Source: Octopus vulgaris
Lineage: Eukaryota
DNA: 64,000 nucleotides
Direction of reading: 5' to 3'
Assembly (NCBI GenBank): GCA_951406725.2
Contig: OX597840.1
Coordinates: forward strand, 22,134,001 to 22,198,000
Shown: one piece after another, positions 42,984 through 64,000 of the stretch
How the letters are laid out: the number at the start of each line of letters is the position of its first letter
How positions within the stretch are numbered: the stretch's first letter is position 1
Program-made: the position numbers and the translations under genes
The notes under the pieces: model-generated
Database searches by the model: none
What the model was told of the DNA's origin: nothing
Seen by the model: only the letters and a program-made list of their open reading frames with translations

Positions 42984-45900
42984 AAATAGCCATTTGCGTA
43001 TTCATTGCTGTTTGCCTGCTTGTGCCATCCTAATTAAATCTTAGTGAAGCACCAGTGTATTTCGCTAACTCAATTTACTAACAAATTCTTCTAAATCCAT
43101 AATTTACAAACTCCTGTTTAATTAAATGTTTTTTTTTTCTCAACGACCACAATTGCCAGGTTTAGAGCTTATAGGACACCAGGACACCTACAGTTGTCTC
43201 CCTTACACCAAGTATTTTCCAGCCATCTCCTTTGTCTTAGAGTTTCGGTGGATCAGTACTTGTGTTTTCCATACACACACACACACCGCCCCTTCTGCTT
43301 CTATACAGGCTTACACAGCAGACCCAAAATTGCTGCCCCTATAAAAACATCACACGAAACAGACGATCCCAACTGATCCTTTCTATCTACTGGCTTTTGG
43401 ATCTTACACAAATATTGTTACGACTTGCATTCAAATGTTTCATTCGGTCTGCTAATCCTGATGACGCCCGTCTCTTCTTCAGAATACGAGAACCGCTTGG
43501 CACTGTACATGATAAACCTTCTCTTCGACTTACGACCTAGGAAACTTACGATCATCCGCATTTACGACCACAATATATAAATATCTAAATAAATAAATAA
43601 AATCTATTTTCGGACGTTGGGCAGCTGCGCGTACGATAACTACGGCAGCATCTGGCAACGTAGGCCCCTCCCCTCAAACCCAAGCATCCACTGCCTGCCA
43701 CTGTCTTTCACTCAGTCACTTTGAAGCATCAGTTGAATTTGAATAAAAATAGTGTTGAAAAACATAAATCTGACATACGACCAGTTAGTCGGAACGGAAT
43801 TCGGTCGTAAGTCGAGAAATTGTATATAAGTTCCTCAGCTCAGAAATATAGAATTGTATTTATCCAATTAGAGCTAACATAAGACATCAATGGAGGTTTA
43901 TAAGCCTTTAAAATCCACTGTCACTGCCCATAGGCATAGCGTAGTGGATAAAGGCGCTGGTTGCTGCAGTACAATCACCTGGGAGGGGGTGGAGAATGGT
44001 CCCAAAATGGCCTGAAGTACCATTAGGTACTTTTGCAAATCCTGATGCCAGATTCCAACACATTCATCTTGACATAGTTGGACCATTACCTCCAGAAGGT
44101 AATATTTATTTGTTAACATGCATAGATTGTTTTTCACGATGGCCAGAAGCTTATCCGATCAAAGACATCAGCAGTAAATATAGCAAGAACTTTTATTTAC
44201 CAATTGGATGTCTGGATTCGGCAAACCCAACACCTTGACGACAGATCGTGGAAGACAATTTGAGTCTACACTTTTCGCAGAATGCAACAAATTGTTGAGA
44301 ATTCATAAAATTCGTACAATTTCATATCATCCACAATCTAACGTCATGATAAAAAGGTTTCATAGGTAGTTGAAATCTTCGTTAAGGACTTATTCTTATT
44401 CTAGTAGTTGGTTAGAAGCTTTACCAGTGGTATAGGGTCGATAAATTAAGTACCAGTTACGCACTGGGGTCGATGTAATCGACTTAATACCTATGTCTGT
44501 CCTTGTTTGTCCCCTCTATGTTTAGCCCCTTGTGGGTAATAAAGAAATAGGTATTGTTAGGAATCAGGAGTGCTGTTAAAGAAAGTTTACAAAATTCTCC
44601 TGCTGAACTCTTGTACGGAACAACATTAGCTCAAAGCTGGTCAAACGTTTGAAGAAACCAATTCGTTTAATGAAGATATCAACAATTATGTAATTATGTA
44701 ACCCGGCTCAAGAGATTTCCTTCTGATGTTCCTTCTTTTACGAGTAAATTACAAAATATTAAAGGTTTCGTTCCTTCTGATATTAATTCTTGGACTCGTG
44801 TAATGATGCCAGTCATCATTCACTGAATTATATTGGGTTGGCAACTAAGTTACTGCCGTTTTTTTTTTTCAAATTAATTTTAGTTTATTTTTGTTTACTT
44901 TCAGATCATTAAAATGGAATGTCAAATTAGGAAAAACGAGCATTTTAGACACCTTTTTGCTTTTAATCAAGGTTCTAAGGCCGCAAAAGCTGCTCCCGAC
45001 ATTTGTGCTGTGTATGGAGAGGGTGCCATGGCAGAAAGAACCGTTCGTGATTGGTTTGCCAAGTTCAAAACTGGAAATTTTGACCTCAAAGACGCTCCTC
45101 GTTCTGGCCGTCCAGTTGAGTTCGATGAAGAGAGATTAAACCAACTTTTGCACGAAAATTCTCGTTAAACGACGAAGGAACTGGCAGAGAAAATGGAATG
45201 CTGCCACACTACTATAGAGAAGCATCTTCACTCGATGGGAAAGGTTCAGAAGTATGGAGCATGGGTTCCGCATGCTTTAAGTGACAACAACAAAAATCAA
45301 CGAGTCACAATCTCCGCTGGTTTGCTTACTCGTCACTGCTCAACTCATGGACACAAGCAACGATTTCTTTACCGAATCGTTACAGGCGACGAAAAATGGT
45401 GCCTGGACATCAAATATGAAGCAGCGTAAAGAATGGCCTTAACCCCGGTAAACAAGCGACACCACGAGTGAAACAAGATCTTCATCCGCGTAAAAAGATG
45501 TTGTGTGCATGGTGGGACTGGGAAGGGATTATCCATTACGAATTGTTTGAACGGAACCAAACAGTCAACAACACGGAACTTTATGTTCAGCAGATGGAAC
45601 GACTCAACATGGCGACTCAAGAGAGAAGACCGAATCGTCAGCAAGGAGATCGTCTGCTGCTCAATATATTGGCGATATGAGAGCGGGTCCGCTACGAAAG
45701 GTTTACGAAAATAAAAATAAGAAAAAAGTGGAAATTTTACCGATGAATGTGTTAAATTATAAGGCACAAAAAGAAAATGTCTCTCCCCAGACACAACAGA
45801 AAATGCTTCAACAGACGAACTCGTATAAAGGATGTTGCAAACCAAATCCAAAAACGAAAAATAGGCATTTCCTTTCATTTCTTGACAGAAGCAAATAGGA

Positions 45901-46468
45901 AATAAAATTTATTGAGCAAAGACAAGTTTTGCTACCCAGTGTAGTCAATGAAATGTGTGTGAGTCACAAAACTACCGTAGAAGGGATAATAAACCATTTC
46001 GATCTCTTTCAAGTGGTGTTTTGTTCAATAATGAATTGAGAGATTGGTTGGAGGAATTTTTCGAGTCGAAATTTTGGGTGACTTCTACCAACGAGGTATT
46101 GAAAAATCTTATTGAACGTTGGGAAGAAGTTGTAAACAACAAGGGTGAATACATTATTGATTAATTAGTTGTTATTTTTATATTAAACCTTTTAAAAAAA
46201 TTAAAATGGAGGGAACTTCGTTGCCAACCCCAAAAAATACAATTGTCAATTAAAGGTAAAAACTATGACTTGGGATATGCGTGGTAAAAAGGAAATTGTC
46301 AGTTTAGATAGTGTTCAGGTCATGAAAATAAAGATTTGAACAAAACATTTTTTTAAAAAACTTGAAACAAAACAATTCAGAAAACAGCGAAAACAGGAAA
46401 AGATCCAGAAATGAGTTTTAAAGTCACTTACCGGCGAAAAGAAAGCCAAAAGTGGCAGAATTGCACAT
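31518..46468 (-). CDS. Hypothetical 147-aa single-pass membrane protein, tentative 6-exon model (46468-46432, 41957-41917, 37509-37437, 37007-36943, 35919-35901, 31726-31518)
   Basis: All five introns GT..AG with compatible phases and an open frame: [147 protein letters not shown]. No recognised homology; exons chosen by eye. Confidence 0.4.
32200..32771. repeat. Foldback element, about 185-bp inverted arms with a 200-bp spacer
   Basis: AGAAAACAGAGAGATCTAATGGATACAAATTAATTTA... / ...TAAATTAATTTGTATCCATTAGATCTCTCTGTTTTCT. Confidence 0.9.
33700..33860 (-). mobile_element. Possible Penelope-like GIY-YIG endonuclease C-terminal remnant
   Basis: Minus strand [16 protein letters not shown] resembles the IL.....W..RG.KE end of PLE endonucleases; short and decayed. 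Confidence 0.35.
34010..34297 (-). mobile_element. RTE-clade LINE reverse transcriptase remnant, inverted relative to the adjacent 3' piece
   Basis: Minus strand [25 protein letters not shown]...[24 protein letters not shown] (RT QG..LAP motif). Confidence 0.82.
34300..34740 (+). mobile_element. RTE-clade LINE, C-terminal ORF remnant
   Basis: [64 protein letters not shown]. Confidence 0.85.
39495..40630. mobile_element. hAT (Charlie-like) non-autonomous element carrying nested insertions
   Basis: TIRs CTGTGGTTCCCAAC / GTTGAGAACCCCTG; 8-bp flanks TTTTAAAT / TTTTAGAT (7 of 8 match). Confidence 0.65.
43520..43825. mobile_element. Tigger/pogo-like MITE remnant
   Basis: Inverted TCGACTTACGACC (about 43526) / GGTCGTAAGTCGA (about 43803) plus internal TTACGA repeats. 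Confidence 0.45.
44010..44800 (+). mobile_element. Gypsy/Ty3 integrase remnant interrupted by a SINE
   Basis: [83 protein letters not shown]; stops and frameshifts. Confidence 0.9.
44831..46233 (+). mobile_element. Mariner transposon with disrupted transposase
   Basis: TIRs TTGGGTTGGCAAC.AAGTT / AACTT.GTTGCCAACCC; ATG 44914 [13 protein letters not shown]; [48 protein letters not shown]; stop at 45166, frameshifts, and the HDNA/YSPDL region replaced by foreign DNA at about 45665-45993. Confidence 0.93.
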
Positions 46469-46806
46469 TTTCCCAAAATACTTTCTCACTTTCTTTCAAT
46501 ATATTCCTCATGAACTTTTATATTCCTGGAATTTTTTGTTAAAAAAAAGATTTGTAATTTTTTTCCAGAGAAATTAGAATTGAACAATTTGATAAACGTT
46601 GTTTGTTATTGTAAAACCGTGACGAGCGGTTATTTTCGTGTCTTTAACATTGTAAATTTGTATATTTGACTTGCTAAAAGTATTAATTCAAACATTCGAT
46701 TGAAATATAAATGTATTATGGATTAATATTTGCCCTTTTTCCGCAAAATAGAGTCTCTTCTGGCGACCGTCTTCCAGTTTCTGCAATTCGTAAAAGGCGC
46801 CTACTG

Positions 46807-46814
46807 TGACGTCA
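46807..46814. promoter_or_regulatory. Perfect CRE/ATF palindrome TGACGTCA in a CpG-enriched putative promoter (about 46600-46950)
   Basis: Exact TGACGTCA, locally CpG-rich, about 340 bp upstream of the putative ATG at 46468 and the GTAAGT donor at 46431. Confidence 0.4.
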
Positions 46815-47679
46815 TGGTCGTCTGCTCGAAAGAGCGCAATTCTTGTTTTTCTCATTGGTGGAAAATGTCTGTCCAAATACGAATTCTCAACTTTTGCCAA
46901 AGAAATATTTCACGAAATATGGTTCTTTGGATATAAACAATTATAAAAACCTTCATTTTGGGGAAATTACTCAGTGGTCGTTCAATATTACTAATCTCCA
47001 CGACACTCACTCATTGAGACAATGGCTATTTTTTATGCCCTGTCTATGGCTTAAATCCAACAAGACTTATTTAAATTGTTATGAATTCTAATAGTTAGTA
47101 TGAAGGATTAGCTTAGTGTGAATTCTAAGTCGTAATTCTCTACGACAAAATTACTTTACTTTCCAATTGTACTACAAATGCTAAATGTACATAAATAAAC
47201 TAATATAGTAATTATTTTCTTTTTCTTCAACTTGTTAATGAAATTTATTTCTGCAATTATGAAACTGTTGGGTTTTTTTTTTTTTTTGCGGTTTTATTTA
47301 TTTATCTTCATCATACATACGCACGCATGAAATTGTCCGTTAGTGTTTCGGAGTAAATATTTCTCGCTATGGCGTTTATGTATAATGATAACACTTATAA
47401 GTTATAAGTGGCGAGTTTAGCAATATATATTCCTACTTCAAATGTAAAATATATTTATTATCTATTTCCAAATAGGAAACATATAAAAGTGGTGTTACAC
47501 AAACAGTAACCAAACCAGCTACAGAAATGGTATATCTATCCCCTGTACGGTATTTTTGTGACACACACACACACACATTTCATTGACTACATTGGGTAGC
47601 AAAACTTGTCTTTGCTCAATAAATTTTATTTCCTATTTGCTTCTGTCTAGAAATGAAAGGAAATGGCTATTGTTTCCTT

Positions 47680-47880
47680 CAACTGATGCGGTTAGTTTAT
47701 TCCATGCTTCAGCAATTCTGAACGTGAAAAACTGCTTCTGAAAGCCATGGGTGTTGGTTCGTTGCTTTTTGTAAGTCCAGAAGTATTCGACACATGGAAT
47801 TCGAAAAGTTGCCCAAGGTTGTTGCTGTTGGAAGGATGGTGGGTTATCTTGTGGATGTCTATCAGGTCCGATGCCAAGTA
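47680..47880 (-). mobile_element. CR1/L2-type LINE 3' remnant
   Basis: DLIDIHKI...FQKQFFTFRIAEAWNKL, typical of the CR1/L2 ORF2 C-terminus. Confidence 0.75.
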
Positions 47881-50553
47881 TCATATCTGTTACCGTTTTT
47901 GTTTTACCTGTTTCAATCTTTCGGAATGTGGCTATGCTGGGGCACCACCTTGATGGCTTTGTCGAACAAATCAATCCCACTACTTATTCTTTTTAAGCCT
48001 GGTACTTACTCTATCAGTCTCTTTTGCTGAACTGCTACGTTGCAGGGATGTAAACAAACAAACTAGTTGTCAAAAAGGTGGGGGGGGGACCAACACACAC
48101 ACACAAACAAACACATATCAGGCGTAGCTGTTTGGTAAGAAATTTGCTTCCCAACCATATGGTTTTAGGTTCAGTCCCACTGCATGGCACTTAAGGCAAG
48201 TGTCTTCTACTGTAACCTCGGGCCAACTAAATCTTGTAAGTTGATTTAGTGAATGGTAACTGAAAGAAGCCTATCGTGTGTGTGTGTCTTTGTATCTGTG
48301 TTCGTCCTCTACCACTGCTTGACATCGGTATTGGTGTATTTACTTCCCTGTAACTTAGCACTTTGGCAAAAGAGACTGAGAGAATAAGCACCAGGCTTAA
48401 AACAGAAAAGTACTGGATCAATTCATTCAATTAGAAATTCTATATATACATGATGGGCTTCTTTCAGTTTCCATCTACCAAATCCACTCACAAGGCTTTG
48501 CTCAGCCCAAGGCTATAGTAGGAGACACTTGCCCAAGGTGCCATGCAGTGGGACTGAACCTGGAGTCATGTGGTTGGGAAGCTAATTCTTACCACTCGGC
48601 CACGTATGTTTTTTACCTCCAGTTCAGTTCTTGCTTCATGCAATCCAACCATAACCATCTCATCATGCATGAATGATTACCTTATCCAATATGTCATTCC
48701 TTCTCCAAAATGATTAGGTGTGATTTGAAGGGAATTTAGCTGCAAATTTTAGCATGTCAAGAGATCACTTAAAGATTCAGTTCAAGAGTCTGTCTACTTC
48801 ATATTAAAATCCCAAACCTCATAGCCATTAATTAATTACTAATTATACAGTCTGATACTAATTAATTATTAAATCATACAGTCTCATAATTAATTAGCTT
48901 AATATTTATTCATTGTTAATTAAGCAGACTGACAATTATTAATTATTAACTACAAAGTCTGGCAATTATTAATTATCAAAGTTAGAATTTCAAATTTAAT
49001 ATTTATAAAAATATTTATTTCATTAAATTACAATTTTTTTTTTTATGATTCCTTGTGATTGTTTGTTGTCTGTCACAGCTTCCATACTGGCAACTGTGGC
49101 CAACTAAGTATTTATCCTTGGACATCCTTCACTGCTTCTGAAAGAAATAAAGAAAGTCAGAAATAAAGAAAACAAAAGAGAACACAAAAAAACATAAGAA
49201 AGAGAGAAAGAAAAGAAGTGAGGTGAGAAAGAAACAAATAACAAAAACAGGAATGAAGAAAAGAGCCTTAATCAAAGGCCTCGTTCTTCAAGGCCCACTT
49301 TGAGTTTGTCATTGATGAGGCCACAAACAGCAACAAAAGGAATCTGGCAGAGAAAACTAACAGCCAAGTGATTCTTCAATCAATGCATTAAATAAATCAC
49401 TGGATAGTTGGTTGGTGAAGTGGCATTGAACCAGTGTGTGTGTTTATTTTGAATTTTTATTGGTTAAATGACCCTCCCTAGACACAAGATTTGTTTCATC
49501 ATACAAATTCATATCAAGAATCTTGCAAACCAAATACAAGAATGAAGTATTTCAAGGTGGTGCTCCAGCATGGTGGCAGTCAAATGAGAGAGAGAGAAAG
49601 AGAAACAGAGACAGACAGACAGACATGTGTATATACATATGTATAGCTATCTATCTATCTATCTATCTATCTAAGAAACAAAGAAAATACTCTGAGAAGT
49701 TTATCATGAATAAAAGAAAGAAAATATTTACATCTTTATCAAAATACGCTACCGGTTCCATTCAGTTTGAAGACATTTAGTCATGCTGTAAGAGAAGGGA
49801 AAATCATATATGTAGCATACAGTGATACACAAAGAGATATGATGAAGAGGTATTAAATAACAGAGTGAAGTAAAGAACACAGTAATATGAAAGTTCATAT
49901 AGTACAGAGCCAAATAAATTAAAATAAAATATAAACATTAAATAAAAATAAAGCAAACCAAATTTATTGTAAAACATTAAAAATCATAAAGCAGGCCTCT
50001 GACAAAAAAGAAACAACCGAAACATCACAATTAGTTAAATGAATTAAGAATAGTGATCAGGAGTAAATAATACAGCATTCACCTAATTAAACCATTAGAA
50101 TTATCAAAATCATTTTTAAATGTTTAAAACAAGTTATTTGATTTTTAAAATAATTTCATAGTAACTTTAACATCAGCTGATTCTATTATTTTATTCTTAA
50201 TCCTGTTATTTACTGCAGCATCCTTTCTTTAATACTTGAATGTTGAAAGAATTTTATGATTACAATTCATTATTCTTTCATTTCACTTATTCTGGATACT
50301 TTAAGAATTCTGCCAACTTATAGTCAGCCAATATATTCAGAATATCATATCTGTTATCCACCTCAGGTGTCTGAGTAGCACCAAATGAATAATGTGTAAA
50401 TGCAGAAAGAAAATTTTTACTTTTTTATCAAAATAAGCTACCGGTTTCATTCATTTTTAAGAAATTTAGTCATGCTGTAAGAGAAGGGAAAATTTTTCAC
50501 AATAAAAATATTAATAACAATAATAATAACATATGCATGATTATACCTGTGTC

Positions 50554-60937
<10,384 letters not shown>

Positions 60938-61261
60938 TTCAGGGTAGAGTAGACGTACCTGGAAATAGGTAAGTTCTATGAGTAAGGTGGCAGTGGTGGT
61001 GATGTTTGTTGTGGAAGTGGTAGTAGTTAGTGGTGCTGATGGCGATGAAGATAGTGGTGTTGGTGGAGGAGATGGCGGGGTGGTCATGTCAACAGTGGTG
61101 GTGAAAGTGGTGGCTTTAGGGTTTGAATTCAAATTCTGCTGAGGTTGACAAATTAAGTACCAGTGAAACACTGGGGTGATGTAATCAACTAGTCCCCTCC
61201 CACCAAAATTTCAGGCCTTCTGCCTATAGTAGAAAGGATCATTATTGTTATTATTATACAA

Positions 61262-61470
61262 GGCAGCAAACTGGCAGAATCGTTAGCACACCAGACAAAA
61301 TGCTTAGCAGCATTTTGTCTGTCTTTACATTCTGAGTTCAAATTCTGCCAAGGTTGACTTTGCCTTTCATCTTTTCATGGTCAATAAAATAAGTACCTGT
61401 TGAGCCATGGGGTCGATGTAATCGATTTACCCCTTCCTCGAAATTGTTGGCCTTCTGCTAAAATATGAAA
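61262..61470 (+). mobile_element. tRNA-derived SINE family B
   Basis: GGCAGCAAACTGGCAGAATCGTTAGC...GAGTTCAAATTCTGCC...GACTTTGCCTTTCATC...GGGGTCGATGTAATCGA. Other copies at about 7670-8058(-), 23280-23435, 44435-44550, 56115-56310(-), 58270-58440, 62720-62835, 63705-63803(-). Confidence 0.85.
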
Positions 61471-64000
61471 CTATTATTATTATTATTATAATTGACGGTG
61501 GCGGATGGGCAAAATCCTTTGTGCCTTGAATACAATTCTTTGGCGCATTTCGTTAAAGCCTCCTTAGAAATAGCGCACCTGAGTCGCCCACATTTGGGGC
61601 GATCGCAAAGGTCAACCCAACCAGAGTGCAATGGAAGGGCCTCACTCTGGGAGAATCACCTTGATGATCATGGTTTACCCCTGTGCCAGGTAAGTATATG
61701 ACAAGTTGTGGTGCACCTGAGCACTGCATACAATAATTTCATTATATATATATTATGTTCTCAGCTGAAATTCTGCCAAGTTCAACTTTGTCATTCTTCC
61801 GAAGATGCTAGAATAGATTACTTGTCAAGCATTGGGGTCACACCTCTTTCGAAATTGCTGACCTTGAGAACAAATTATAAACTAATGTCATAAGAATGGT
61901 GAATTAGTAAAACCGTTAGAACATGGAACAAAACGACTCACGGCATTTGTTCTAACTCTATATTCTGAGTTCAAATCACGCCAAGAACTAAGTCTTCTCA
62001 CTCGCCTTCTGCCTAAATTAGAAACTATTACTGAAGAATGTCGAGCACAGAATGGGTCAAAGAACTGATAAAATGAGTTGTGGTACATAGTTACGTCCCT
62101 TTAAATACTGAACTGAAATTCTGCTGAGGTCAAAACCATCGTTCGTCTTTGCAAGTCTGCAATTCTGGCGCCGATTTAATTAACTGTTCCCAAACCCAAA
62201 CATTCCGTCGAGATCAACATTGCCTTTCATACTTTTGGGTTCGATAAACAAAATAAAGTATCAGTGATGTACTGTAGTCCATGTGATCTACGCGCACCGG
62301 TCCTCGAAGCTACAAAAGCCAGAACCGTTACAAAAAATGCTTAGCGGCATTTCTGACGGCTCTTTACGTTCTGAGTTGTAGGCCTTGTGCTGAGGTTAGA
62401 AAGTTATATAATTAGCTACCATTTCTGACAGGTCGAGTAACCACATGAAATTATCCCGTAGGATCGCAAAGTCCTTAATTTATAGGGTTGGTGCATATTC
62501 GATTGAATCGCACCAGTCTATCCCTGGTACTAATCACCCATAAAAATAGGTGGCAATCCTTCGATATAACTCGACAAAACTATAACAAACATTCGGCTGT
62601 TTCTGTAACAACTTGACAATTCACTTCTGATATCTTCCTGACCTCCGTGGCAGCTGCTGATTGCCAAATAAGTAGAAGTATATACCTTCTACCTACTTAA
62701 ATAGAGTGCACATGCCTCAACTTCGCCTTTCATCTTTTCGGGGTTGATAAAATAAGGTGCCGGTTAATTACTGGAGTCGAAGTAATCGACTAACTTCTTC
62801 TCACTGAAATTGCCGGCCTTGTGTCGATAGCAGAAAGCATTATTAATGTAAGCATTTAGTCTGGTGCCCTACCGACTAGGTTGACCCGAAGTTAGAGGCA
62901 GAGCCCACAGACAAAAACTCGCGACCTGGTTTCGGTTCCCGCTTGAGAACAATTTCATTTCACTTTCAAGTATGCTGTCCAGTTTCATAAAAAATCATTA
63001 TACAAAAAAAAAAAGTTAAAGCGAATTAACAGTTTTTTTACCCCTCTAAGTCTATAGAATTATATTATTTCAAACAACAAGGATTTGCAGTGGTGTACAG
63101 CATTTAGGGCACTTGTACCGTCTTCTCATAAACGAGCACCGACCGCTCTGTCAGCGACCGAAAGGGTCTCTTCGTCATTATTCAATCTACCAGATATGGT
63201 AGGTAAATTGCCCTAACACTATACACCCTGCCTTCTTAAAAAACAAATTTACATTACGTTGCTCTATATAAAAAAATGTCTACTGTCTTTAAAATAAACA
63301 AATAAAGACGGGACGGCCACGGTTCGAATGCTTTTTATAATAGGTTTACATGATATAGGTTGACCCGAAGTTAAACACTCGAGGCAACGGTCCTATATAA
63401 CTACCGCACCAAAAGTAGATTTATAAATCTAATTATTATAACCATTATAGAGAAGTTGGAACCACAAACCTCTTTAAAAAGTGTTCGAGCCGCAAATGCT
63501 GTCGGAATTATGTCAATAGTATGGGAGATAACCCGCAGCCAACTGTTGATAAAACATGTGAGTCGGCTTCTCGTAAATGTGTGTGTGTGTGTACTTATAG
63601 ATGATTAAATGAATCTGTGTATCTGTAGAGGTATAGATATGCAGTGTGAGTGTGTGTACGCGCGTACAGATGCATATATGAGTGTATGTGCGAAAGGCAA
63701 AATAATCAACCTTGGTGGAATTTGAACTCAGAACGTGACGATGGACGAAATGTCAGTTAAGCATTTTATACAGCGCACTAAAGATTCTGCCACTTCCCGC
63801 CGTTATATTATAATATAATGAAATTATTGTATACAGTGCTCAGGTGCACCACAATTTGTCAAAAGTGCGTATAAAGCATATGCAGTAATGTACAAATGTC
63901 TGGAAAGTGAACAGTATATGAGTCAGATACATGTCTGCGTGTGTATGGAGGGAAGAAAATCAGGTGTAGTGTTGGCGAATCTCAGGAAGCATGGAAGTTT

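Overview
Eukaryotic, AT-rich and dominated by microsatellites and repeats; the tRNA-derived SINE families look like those of Octopus (inference). One confident gene: a minus-strand ALDH9A1-type aldehyde dehydrogenase with 9 coding exons (60937->50554), all GT-AG and phase-compatible, giving 516 aa. A second, tentative minus-strand gene can be spliced from six small exons (46468->31518, 147 aa, one hydrophobic segment plus a basic helical tail) behind a CpG-rich region with a perfect CRE. Other content: a dispersed rDNA piece (5' end of 18S with upstream GC-rich ETS-like DNA), decayed mariner and Tc1/maT transposons, Gypsy integrase, RTE, CR1/L2 and Penelope-like fragments, hAT and piggyBac-like MITEs, and many SINEs. 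The most unusual signal is a high density of minimal type-I hammerhead-ribozyme motifs (CUGANGA-stemII-GAAA-palindromic stemIII-NUH) sitting in, or next to, long foldback palindromes embedded in TA/CA microsatellites, consistent with Penelope-like or retrozyme-type elements. Almost all listed ORFs are microsatellite translations. Repeat boundaries were read by eye and are approximate.
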